The position numbers and the translations under genes were made by a program. Below are positions 43,225-55,082 of a stretch of 64,000 bases of DNA, in pieces; within the stretch, counting starts at the first letter, position 1; each line of letters begins with the position of its first letter. This DNA comes from Octopus sinensis (taxonomy: Eukaryota), in contig NC_043020.1 in assembly GCF_006345805.1 (NCBI RefSeq), positions 25,172,001-25,236,000 on the forward strand, in the 5' to 3' direction. The notes below the pieces were generated by a model. The model was not told the origin of the DNA, searched no databases, and was given only the letters and a program-made list of their open reading frames with translations.

Positions 43225-43490
43225 TGTTATGCACGGGGACATGATCTGTTTGGATAGGATTGTTCATCATACTCATTTACATTTTCGGGTGTATGCTTAT
43301 ACCACTTGTATCCTGATGGAAGTCTATACTTCTTACACATTTCCCAGTGGATGCCTTTTGCAACATCATCCTCTCTCCAAGATTTGTACTGTTTCTCTGC
43401 GAATTTGGAACATTCTCTTAATCCGTGGGTCGCTGTTTCTGCTCGTTCATCGCACAACCTGTACAATGGCGTCACATTATCTTCGGCCCT
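43225..43490 (-). mobile_element. R4/Dong-type fragment (zinc finger to REL linker)
   Basis: RLCDERAETATHGLRECSKFAEKQYK..DDVAKGIHWEMCKKY..KWYKHTP. Confidence 0.75.
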
Positions 43491-43515
43491 ACATGTTGTT
43501 GTTGTTGTTGTTCAA

Positions 43516-43717
43516 GGTGGTGAGCTGGCAGAATCGTTAGCACTCCGGGCGAAATGCGTAGCCCGTCTTCACGTTCTGAGTTCAAATTCCACCGAGGTCG
43601 ACTTTGCCCTTCATCCTTTCGGGGTCGATAAATTAAGTACTAGTTGAGCGCTGGGATCGAAGTAATCGATTATTCACCTCCCCCAAATTTCAGGCCTTGT
43701 GTCTATAGTAGAAAGAA
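43516..43717 (+). mobile_element. tRNA-derived SINE, family 1
   Basis: It has head, body and tail (aaatttcaggccttgtgtctatagtagaaag) followed by (ATT)n. Confidence 0.85.
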
Positions 43718-43735
43718 TTATTATCATTATTATTA

Positions 43736-43769
<34 letters not shown>

Positions 43770-44323
43770 GAGTGAGAGAGCAGTTCATGCCATCAAAGTG
43801 ACACTGGGGTAAAATATACGAAGCCCAATATACCAATCATGACTACCCGTCTGATAAAGGTACACCAGGCACATGCATCACAACCATATGTGCGCGACAT
43901 GGTGATCTCATATCAAGATAAACAGCACATGACCTTGCAGGTGGGGCCCAGTTAGAATTTTCTTCAGGTTGAGTAGCCCATCCCGCTCAAGCGGTCCCTG
44001 AATAAGGGTTGTTTAAGGATGTTGAAAGAACCACCCATGTTTCCAGAGGTGAATTATTCAAATCCCAAAGAATCCCTCTCAACACATGGCTATGATGCTC
44101 CCCCACTACTTCTGCTCGTGATCAGAGATACACATATCGTCAGCCACTAAGGGACATGCTCAACTGGTTAAGGTCAAACAACTGACTAGCAAATCTATGG
44201 TATTGAGCAGAATATTTGCTGTAGCCCATCTTTTATACCAAGACAAAACAATGTACATGATAACACTTCCAATCAGTTAAGATCAGAAACCATGAGGGCC
44301 ATTGCCTGGTACTGCATCAGAGC

Positions 44324-44326
<3 letters not shown>
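43770..44326 (-). mobile_element. Apparently full-length ~560-bp non-coding retroposon bounded by (AAT)n on both sides
   Basis: It has two truncated homologues in the window. No ORF and no recognisable tRNA head were found. Confidence 0.72.
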
Positions 44327-44359
<33 letters not shown>

Positions 44360-44645
44360 TTAAGATGTGCGCAATACATCAATCTTGCATGGAATTTCTA
44401 GTTCCCTTAAGAAGTTTTGAAGTTTCAATGGGATTGAACCCAACGCTCCGATCACCACTGGCATCATTTTTACATTACCCTCCCGCATTCCCTACAGCCG
44501 TTTCCACTTTCAGTTCCTGAGTACTTGGTAATTTTTTCAACTTCATTTGGTATGGCTACATCAATGATCTGACAGTATTTGTCTCTATTATTCAATATGA
44601 CAATATCCGGCTGACGGTGTTCAATTACACAATCCACTGTTATTG
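44360..44645 (-). mobile_element. R4/Dong-type REL-domain fragment flanked by (AAT)n
   Basis: VIEHRQPDIVILN..QIIDVAIP..EKITKY..MPVVIGALG. Confidence 0.75.
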
Positions 44646-44657
44646 TTAATTGTATAT

Positions 44658-44699
<42 letters not shown>

Positions 44700-44713
44700 G
44701 ATTATCATAATTA

Positions 44714-44905
44714 CGGCGGAGAGTTGACAGAATCATTAGCACGGAGGACAAAAAGCTTTGCAGCTTTTCGTCCGTCTTAAAGTTCTGAGTTCAAATTCCG
44801 CCGAGGTCGACTTTGCTTTTCATTCTTTCGGGGTTGTTAAAAATACCAACTGAACATTGATGTAATCGACTTCCCCAACATCAAAATTTCAAGCCCATAG
44901 TAGAA
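44714..44905 (+). mobile_element. tRNA-derived SINE, family 1
   Basis: It has the shared head and body (gttctgagttcaaattccgccgaggtcgactttgc). Confidence 0.8.
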
Positions 44906-45244
44906 AAAAATAATATTGTTATTGTAGTTGATGTCGTTCCTATTATTGTTGTCGTTGTTGTTGTTGCTGCTGTTATTATTGGAAGACGATGAAGTGGTAG
45001 ACACGCAAGAGCTCCGATCGTTGAATGGTAAGTGGCAAATTTTAAGGGCCTACGCAACCTGTTAGAAATTGTAGCAGCTAATTATTGCAATGAATACAAC
45101 AAAGATTACATATGACAAATCACAAAAATTCCTAGTCTCTTCAGTTTATCTTTGTTCTGAATAGACCGTAGATCAAATCTTTAATCGTTAATCTTTTGTC
45201 TCGTCCATTCGACTGCCCCATTCTGGGGTCCCACTTTGAGGATT

Positions 45245-45470
45245 TTTAAGAGCTAAACTACAGAGGACGTAAATAAACTAAAAACGGTTATCAAGCGGTG
45301 ATTAGTATGACAAATATAGAGACGGCACACACCAACATGATACGACCGGCTGTCACACAGTTTCCGCCTGTCATATATTCACAAAGCATTCGTCAGCCGA
45401 GGGCTACAGAAACACTTGCCTAAGGTACTGTGCAATGGGGTAGACCGAAACCACATATACCCTACGCCTA
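45245..45470 (-). mobile_element. Degenerate SINE, family 2
   Basis: Weak similarity to 7650-7900 (acacttgcctaaggtactgtgcaatggg, ggacgtaaat). Confidence 0.55.
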
Positions 45471-45702
45471 TAGGTACACACGAAAGATAACGTTTATAAA
45501 AAAATACAAACAACAACTCAATAACCCATAATACTACATCAGACACATTAAACTACTGAAGGTAACACTCACATACACACATACATAGACAAACACATAC
45601 ACAAACATATACACTATTTGTCTATTTTTAGATGTTCTGGAAACGTGTCATTTATACTATCGCATGATTCAATTATTTATTCACTGCATTGCCGTTCATA
45701 TT

Positions 45703-45759
45703 GTCACGTGATCTAATACGGGAACATTACATCCAATTATTAGCCATGCTGTCACGTGA
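45703..45759. promoter_or_regulatory. Pair of GTCACGTGA E-box (CLEAR-like) motifs
   Basis: Two identical 9-mers lie 48 bp apart in non-repeat sequence. Motif evidence only. Confidence 0.2.
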
Positions 45760-46039
45760 TGTTTTCACTGAACAAATACAGCCTCAAATTTCATTGCTAT
45801 TATCGTTCATACAGTCACATAATCTACAACTATCTACATGGCTAGAATCAACCAAGCAAACTGTGCCTGACCTGACAGCACTTTGTGCCATAGGTAACCA
45901 TTGGACATTATCATCTCGAGTCCTGGGACCCATAGGGCCGGTTACTCGGTTTCTGTGGCGTATTCGCGACCGAGCTCACAAAATTTTCCCTTCCCATCCT
46001 TAGACGAGATCCCAGTCCGTTGCATGTTTACCCATTCGC

Positions 46040-46265
46040 TGCTGAGTGGACTAAAGCAATGCGAAAATGGAGTGTTTTGGTCAAGAACACAACGCACCGC
46101 CCGCTCTTGGGATCGAAACCGCAATCTTACAATCATAAGCATAGCACCCCATCCACTTTACCGAGAAACTTCAACCGGCCCGAAGCTATAGTAGAAGATA
46201 CTTGCCCAAGGTGCTATGCAATGGGATTGAACCCGGAACCATGTGGTTTGGGAAGCAAGCTTCTT
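46040..46265 (-). mobile_element. Adjacent SINE head fragments (family 3-like at 46040-46160, family 2 at 46175-46265)
   Basis: They match the heads at 50600-50718 and 7830-7911. Confidence 0.65.
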
Positions 46266-46617
46266 TTAGATGACTCCAAGTGTATGTTCAACTTCTACAG
46301 GATTTTTTTCCCTTTTTCTTTTGTACATCTGATCAGGGACCCTCATCGTTATACTCGGGCCGAATAATCATGGGAACGTGTGTTGAGGAAACCGTTTCTT
46401 TGAATTACGTGACGAAGCAGTCTCTCTGAAGATGCTAAGCAGCTGCCATCAAACAATTTTACTTTGTGTTACAGACAACGAGATCTTTGTGTAACAGACA
46501 ACGTATATCACACAGTAGAATCGAAACTGGGACCTCTTGCTTGCTAAGTAAACGTCTTACGTTTTAGGCTACACGACGCCTATAAACACAAGCGCACGTG
46601 CACACACTCCTATATAG

Positions 46618-46704
<87 letters not shown>

Positions 46705-47112
46705 GATAGTTACATACATATATTTATATACATTCATACCTACATACATTCATACATTCATACATATATTCATGCAAGCATGTAGACATATGCATATACA
46801 CGTGTGTATATACGTAGGTATATATGTATGCATGTATGCGTGCTTCCATGAATTCAGGTATGTATGTAGATTTATACATCTGCAGGAAGTTGCGTGCGTG
46901 GATGTGAGGTGTGTATATATATTAAGATAATTCAAGGCGTTGGGCGGAGGAATCTTGTGTGCAGTTGCCATCTACAAGCGATAATTATTTATTTACTGCG
47001 CAAGATAACGTGCAAAAGTATCATTTCAACTCAGCCATATAATCTCTTTTTGGACATACGTATTGTGGCGTTTTTTTGTTGTGTGTTATGTATCAATATA
47101 TATATTATAAAT

Positions 47113-47146
<34 letters not shown>

Positions 47147-47315
47147 ATAATATATATATAATTATATATATATATATATATAAATAAATTATATATATTA
47201 TATATATATATATATATATGCGCGTATGCGTGTTTCTCATAATATTTATACGTAATGTAAATTGTCCATAAATCCGCTAAACGCAAGATATATATAGATT
47301 TATATATTATATATA

Positions 47316-47347
<32 letters not shown>

Positions 47348-47462
47348 ATTATAATATATATATATATTATATATATATCTGTATATATTTATATATATAA
47401 TTGCATAGATATATTCAAACAATGCATAGTCCTCTATTGATATGAAAGTGTGTGTATGTATG

Positions 47463-47499
<37 letters not shown>

Positions 47500-48409
47500 A
47501 TATATATATATATTCACATATAATGTGTGTATATGCACATTTATATGCAAATATTTATATACTTGCCTATAACATCTTTGCCTATAAACATTAGAAGTAT
47601 GGCTTTAAATACGCACGTACATACACACACACACACACATAAATTATATATATATCGCTTCGTTCAAACTTACACAATTTTTTGTAGCTGTTGAATATAA
47701 ATATAAATACCGAATTACACGTGCATATATGCACGTATATTGATACATATGTACGTATATATATGTCGCATACACCCATATATACATACAACCACACGCA
47801 TACATATATATACATGCATGTACACATGCACGCACACATGCATATATATATATTTGCATATGTCTAATAGATATCTACCCATGCACAAATCGAAAAGCTC
47901 GCACCACCAGCCAAACACCGCCCTAGCCAATCTAAAGTTAAAATATATTTTGTTAAAGTATCAGGAATGAAATCAACAGAAAAGAAATGATTCCTTGTTG
48001 GTGGTTCTTTGAAGAAATCTCTATGTCCAAGACATCCAACATTATTCCATTATCAGCGTATTGCCATTTCAACACTAACAAACAGAAAAAATATATATAA
48101 ACTGCATCTTTAATAGGTTTACTTTCCAGGATATATATGAATGCATGTGTGTTGTTGTGTGAGTGTGTGGTGTGCGTGAGTGTATGTGAGTGTGCTTGTG
48201 TGCGTGTGTGTGTGTGTTATTTTTATATAAAATTGAGTTTTAACGATTTTTGTTTTCTTTATTTTTTGTTTAAATGCTTCGTAAAAATGTGATTTAGTTT
48301 GAAAAATTGAATTTATTTTGCTACAGTTTTCTAAATTCTATATTTGCATTTCTTTATAACTACATACAAAAACACACACACACATAAGTATATATATCTA
48401 TTCTATCTA

Positions 48410-48458
<49 letters not shown>

Positions 48459-48742
48459 ATATATAATATATATATGTATGTATGTATATGCATATATAAT
48501 TTTATGAATATAATTATATATATAAATGTCTGAGATCTTGCGATAACACACACGTGTGTGTGCATGTATGTGTGTGCGCGTGTGTGTGGTGGGTGCATAT
48601 CAGCTCGCTTATGTATATAAGTATATATAAAGAGACAGGTAGATAGTTGTACATACATAGTACTTACACTGCACACATACAATAGACACACAGAATTTTA
48701 AAATGGGAATACATATACATACTAATGTGTATATATAATATC

Positions 48743-48784
<42 letters not shown>

Positions 48785-49018
48785 TTCATACGTTTGTTGA
48801 AGATATTATGTATATATACATATATGTGTATCACGGTTATATCTATATATACACATGGATATATGCATACATGTAAATGCATATTTATACATATAGTTTA
48901 CATATATAGATATGCCTACATGCATATATCGTACAAAACCCTACATGTATATAACATATCTTTAATACATTCATACATGCAAATGCCTTTTGAAGTATAT
49001 ATATATTATATAATATAA

Positions 49019-49062
<44 letters not shown>

Positions 49063-49260
49063 CATACCCACACTGCAAACATAGCCTTAAACACTTTTCA
49101 AGTATACATACACAAAAAGTAAATATATAAGACACGCACTGACTACATACATACATACCCGTATAATTATACTTATACGTATGTGTGGTGTATATATGTA
49201 TATATATATCTATGTATATATATATATATATATATAATACTGTGTGGGTGTATATATATG

Positions 49261-49350
<90 letters not shown>

Positions 49351-49650
49351 TTTATATATATAAAACTAACAACTTCCTCTTTAAGGTTAAGCGAAAGCGT
49401 TCCACAATAAGAAAAAAACATCTCCCTAAAAAGGTTAGTAACATACTCATTGTCATAATATTTTCTTTTTAAATAATTTTTTTTAGAAAAATCACCTTTA
49501 CACTTCAAAAACTGTATTAAGTAATCCTCAGGGACTTTCATATATATATATATATATGTATTTAATGTAGGATAAACATTTTTGAAAAAAAAAGCAATCT
49601 TATCAATGGCCAGCATATTAAAAAATACCTTTAAAGGTTAAATTTATCAA

Positions 49651-50220
49651 TAACTTATAAATTTATAAAGGGCAAACGACAAAATTTCTAAAGCCAAATA
49701 TGCCGAAATTGGACATATTGCCCATAACCATATAATTTTTCACAATACGCACGCTATTCGAAAAAAAATCGACAGAAATTTCTAAAAAATTCCATTATTA
49801 CCATATCGGACCGATCCTACATTAAATATAAATTTCATAGTGTTCACTTCCGGACTCTCTCACTCTGTGTGAGCCTCAGTTCAAATCGTACGTGTTTTGA
49901 ATGGCCTGGAGTATTTCTATTTTGGATGTATTTGGGGTACTTAATTGTGCTCGTGACTTAGTGTTTGCTTCTTCCATGGGTATGAGTAAGTATTTCATTT
50001 ATTTATTTGCCACATTTATCACTGACGAAGAGCGGGTTCTTATGAACTAACCCTGAAATCGGTCCGATATGGTAATAATGGAGTTTTTTAGAAATTTCTG
50101 TCGACCTTTTTTCGAGTAGCATGCGTATTGTGAAAAATATATGGTTATGGACAATATGTCCAATTTCGGCATATTTGGTAGTAGAAATTTTTTCGCTTGT
50201 CCTTATTTATAAGTCTTATA
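49651..50220. mobile_element. Fold-back element (~165-bp inverted arms), probably PLE-derived
   Basis: 49651-49815 is the reverse complement of 50058-50220 with mismatches. The spacer ends in a hammerhead-like CTGACGA...GAAATCGGTC. Confidence 0.75.
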
Positions 50221-50248
50221 TATATATATATATAGATATATATATATA

Positions 50249-50291
<43 letters not shown>

Positions 50292-50383
50292 TATATATTA
50301 TATATGTATATATCTAATTCAGAGTTATCTATCTCGAGCAGCTTTAACACGCACACACCACACACACACATATGTAGATTTTA

Positions 50384-50437
<54 letters not shown>

Positions 50438-50462
50438 GACTTATGTATGTACGTATGTATGT

Positions 50463-50718
50463 ATGTTTGTGGAAGGCCAGCAATCTCCCATGATTGCCAG
50501 CCTCCCCTCTCCACACCACTGATGTTATCCAAAGGCAAAAGTCAATACTGCTTGGCACCAGTAATATCGCAAATCATTTCTACAGCTGAGTTAATTGGAG
50601 CAACGTGAAATAAAGTGTCTTGCTCAAGAACACAACACGCAGATCGTTCCGGTAATCGAACTCACAACCTCACGATCGCAAGCTCGACTCTCTAACCACT
50701 GAGCCATGCGCCTTCACA
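50463..50718 (-). mobile_element. tRNA-derived SINE, family 3
   Basis: The minus-strand head is gaaggcgcatggctcagtggttagag...gagttcgattacc, followed by tgagcaagacacttt. Confidence 0.8.
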
Positions 50719-50992
50719 TAGTTGCATATATATAGGGTTTCATAAAACCTAAGCAACATGAAATACGAAATAGAAATACATGGAATACGAACTTTTTATG
50801 CGAACAACTATAGAAACAAATGGAAAATAAGACAAGTAATATAAAGACCGACCTTTCATCAGTTGTCGGCTGTTTATCTCACATTTCGAGCAAATCACAA
50901 GATGTGCCTTCGCGAAAAATGTCATGTTGTTTACGTTTTATGACGTCCTGTACCCATATATGCATATGTATATACATATATATGTAAGTATT

Positions 50993-52326
50993 ATAAATAA
51001 ATGAAAGAATGGAGTCGAACGACGATTTAACAAAATTCCTTTATTCTCGACATATGTTTCGAAGACTGCATATTCTTAATTCCGAATTGGTTGGAATTGG
51101 TAAGAATAGTGCCGTAACACCCGGGTGAAGAATCCTTGTTTAGCAGCTTGTTATTATGGGAGGCAATAATTTGCGATAGATTTCTAGTGTTAGAGAGTGC
51201 AATCCTTACCTTATGCGAATTGATAGTAGAGTAATACCTAGAATTCCTGGGAAAGTTCCTAGCTACGGCTTCACGGACCTGCAAAGGAAGATTTGACTTG
51301 ATTTGTTTTCCGAAAGGTATGACAAACCAGATATAGTTTTTTGTGGACTTAGAATTGTTCAAAGTGTTGCCAGTTACATTAAAGGGAATATTTCTGTGCT
51401 GGAAAATTGGGGTTGGTTGCCGATTGCCACCCCTGGTCCGTAAATTATTTTTCTTAAGTATAGTGGTGCCGACGTTGTTAGAGCTTAAATCATTATTCTC
51501 ACTACTTCTATTGTTATTAGTTTTCTTATCCTGAGAAGCATATATTGGTTTAGAATGGGCCGGGTCGTTATATGATACTTTATCTTTATAACCGGCTTTT
51601 GACAAGGCGGCGTTATAAAATTCCACTTTCTGGTTAAAGATGTCGACATTAGCAGATAATTTTGACAGTCTTAAAGAAATATTCCACTCATATGAATGAT
51701 GGTTAATATAGATAACCTCCTTGAATTTAATAATTTGGTTCAACTTCTACAACACCACCATAGACAAATTTTTTTATACTCCGTTTCATGAAGGGCTACT
51801 ACCAAATTCGTTGGGGTATGTTTTTACCTTTGTCTCTCTACCTCTCCCCCCTCTCTCTCTCCCTCTCTCTATCATAAGCACAATCAAACACACAGACACA
51901 AACCTGTCACTTCACCACTAGATGTATTTGGCATTTATCCCCCTCCACACACACAATCACGCACACACATACACACACATAGACACGAATGCAGTTATAT
52001 ACATACACACACATAGGCACTCAATCTCATTAGCAAAAGCAAACAACAACGCATCACCATACATACGACTTGCACTCAGTCACCCTCCTATTCTTATAAC
52101 TTTCCGCTTCCAACCATGATCAATATGGACTCCGTGTGGGCAGTCATCTAAAAGTTTTTGCTCGTCATGATGCTGACATAAGTTCCTTGTCTTTCCTGAT
52201 GAGAAGGCGGGATAATGCACCCTTTATTCTTTCGGAATTAAGAATATGCAGTCTTCGAAACATATGTCGAGAATAAAGGAATTTTGTTAAATCATCGTTC
52301 GACTCCATTCTTTCATTTATTTATAG
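50993..52326 (-). mobile_element. Penelope-like element fragment flanked by a 95-bp near-perfect inverted repeat
   Basis: ORF 51027-51743 (IYINHHS, FYNAALSKAGY, IWFVIPFGKQIKSN, NLSQIIASHNNKLL) resembles the PLE RT-thumb/linker region. The arms at 50993-51085 and 52231-52326 differ at one base. Confidence 0.78.
52184..52280 (+). ncRNA. Candidate minimal type I hammerhead ribozyme
   Basis: CTGATGA at 52196-52202, stem II gaaggc/gtcttc, GAAA at 52257-52260, C-ATAT-GTC with a palindromic stem III loop, and an imperfect stem I tccttgtctttc/gagaataaagga. Confidence 0.6.
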
Positions 52327-52518
52327 TAAAAAAACACAAATTTCCATACGAAACACGTGATTTTCTGCCCTTGGCATGTAGCTTCAACCGTGCTTTCTGA
52401 CGTAAATTTGCTACCCCGGGTAATCGGTTAACCGAATTATCCATACTAGATAATTCCTTCAACTACTTAAATATATATGTAAATATTACATATATGTATG
52501 TATATATGCATATATATA

Positions 52519-52581
<63 letters not shown>

Positions 52582-52663
52582 TATATAACATCCTTAAATC
52601 CTTAAAAATGCTTTAGCCCGGAGGCCGCGGCCATGCTGGGACACCACCGCTGAATGAGCTACG

Positions 52664-54825
52664 CTAATATGTGAATCCACCTCTGATACGTGGCACTTGA
52701 TCAACAAGGGAGTTCGACGCTGCTGCCCGCATCTGCGTCTCCTGTCGTGAGGTAGGTTCATCTGGGACTCCTGACAAGAAGAGATCCAGTTTAGTTTTAA
52801 AGAAACCCACATCCACACCATGTAAATCTCTCAGGCATTTAGGGAGGATGTTAAAGAGCTGTGGACCTCCGAAACCCAAGCTGTTGCAGTATCTGGACCT
52901 GTATTTTGATGGTGATGTTGGAATCTTTGGCACCATGCAGTGGCGCCCCGTTCTGTGGTTGGAGTAACTTTGAATGCCAAAGTTTGGGACAAGACCCTCC
53001 AGGATTTTCCAGATGTATATCACCGCATATCTCTCCCGCCTCCGCTCTAGGGAGAAGAGGTTTAATACCTTCAGTCTTTCCCAGTAGACTGATATTTTGC
53101 ATGAGACGATTTTCCTTTGTGTGCTTCTTCTCTGAATTTCTTCGAGTTCTGCTGTTAGTTTTATATTGTGTGGTGGACCATAGTTGGGAGCAGTAGTCCA
53201 AGCGGCTGAGGACGAATGTTTTCCATAGGACCATCGGTGTCCCCTTCTCTCTTGTTTTGAAAGTTCGGAGAATCCATCCAGCAAGCCGTCTGCATTTTAT
53301 CACCAGATTAGCAATATGCACTTGGAAAGATGTATCATTGCTCATGTCAATGCCCAGGTCACGCACTGATTTTGACTCAGGGATTGCAATTCTTCCTGGG
53401 CCAATGTATCCAGTCTGCACGTCGTTTACCTTTGTGTGCCAGTAGCGCAGGACCTGGAACTTATCTATGGCTAGTGTGATATCATCATCTTCGATGTTGA
53501 TGTACTCAATTTTTGCCTCTTTGGCCGCAGGTAAAGTGGCAAAGAATTCTTCTGGGTTGTTTACTTGCCTGTGTCCTAGAAGTGTAGTGAACACACTTTG
53601 GAATTGTTCGTTCAGTATTTCACTTATCCTCGTGGGATTTCCTGTGAGAGAGCCATCTTTTTGGAAGAGAGGTCCTATTCTCTGGTACACTGTGGCTGTC
53701 TCTTTGGCAAACTTAGAGAAAGCTTTAGGGTTTGATTTTATATTTTATATTACCTAAGCTTCTTTATCTGCTCTCTCCTTTTCATGGGACTGATGTAGAC
53801 TTTTCTCAATTTCCATTAGCATTCTCTCGAGCCGAGACTTCTCACCACTTTTGGTGTGCTTGCTCAGGCGGTTCGCAGTCCTTGCCCGTCGTCTCATAAG
53901 AATCTTCCTTTCTCTAGGGATCCTGTTTTTGTTTTTGTGTGTACTGGCCCTGCACACTGGGACATATTTGTCACATATGGCTTGTATTATGGACATGAAG
54001 TGTTTGTGTTCCATGTTTATGTCCGGTGTGGAGAGACATTCAAGCCAATCCTGTTTGAGGATCTCTTTCTCAATCAACTTCCAGTTGGCTTTATGAAAGT
54101 TTAAGTTGGAGAGATGGTGGATGCTTCGTATAGGCTGTGTGTATACGGGGGCTTTTGTTCCATACATAGACAGCTCTATTATGTTGTGATCCGAGATCAT
54201 TGTCGGTATCACATTAACATTATGGATAATATCCATATTGTTTGTGAAGCAGAGATCCAGTATATTATCTGCTCTTGTTGGTTGCAGAACTATTTGCTCC
54301 ATGAAAGAGGCATTTGTGAGATGGAGCAGGGACTCTGCCTGTGCCTGCTGATGGTGTGTCATCCCTGGGAGCATCTGCCCCCCAGGTCATTCCACATTGG
54401 GGAGGTTAAAGTCACCCATGAAGAATACACTGTTGTGTTGTTCAAGGTTGGTGAGGACTTCTCCTAGTTTTGTTAGACAGTCTTCAAACATGCCTGAGTG
54501 ATTTGGGGCATCTGGTGGGCAATATGTAGTGCATATGACGATATTCAGTTGTCTTATGTGTACAATTTGAGTTTCACACACTGAGTTTGAATATGACAAC
54601 AGGATGTACATTGCAACTCCACCATGGCTCCTCTCTTTTCTATATGTGCGTATGACTGCATATTGCGGCATGTGTATTTCTGCATCACCTATATCGGGTT
54701 CAAGATGCGTTTCTGTGAGTGCCATGCATATAGCTTGATTGCATGTCACAAGGTCTCTCAGGAATGAGATTTTCCTTTTACAGTTTCCGCGCAGCAGCCC
54801 TCCTACGTTCAGTAGAAATATTTTT
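52664..54825 (-). pseudogene. CR1-type ORF2 (APE endonuclease and RT C-terminus; RT core missing)
   Basis: IFLLNVGGL, MALTETHL, SHGGVAMY, FMGDFNLP, PTRADNILDLCFTN, SDHNIIE, VRDLGI, SRLDYCSQLW and LSLERRR-like FSLERRRER are present. No YADD-type motif is present. Confidence 0.85.
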
Positions 54826-55082
54826 GTGGTGTGTGTGTGGTGTTGGTGTCTGTGGTGGCCATCCTGCATCTGTTGGAGGTGGCCTTATGTGGTGGTAGTT
54901 CCAGCTTTGTGCTTGTAGCTAGGTCAGCTGCTGAACAATTTTTTTGTGCCATGCACAAAAAAGATTGCTGTTCAGCTGCTGCCCTTCTCACATCTGGGTG
55001 AAGCTGGCCATTTGTTGGGCTACCGCGCAGCACATCCGCATGTCGTCTTTCAGGAGTAGTCAGTGTGCTTTGTTTCCTTCTT

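Noticed and set aside
50640-50718. tRNA-like sequences here and at 6537-6600 and 7850-7911
   Set aside because: The A/B boxes continue into SINE bodies and the acceptor stems are not intact, so they are SINE heads and not tRNA genes.
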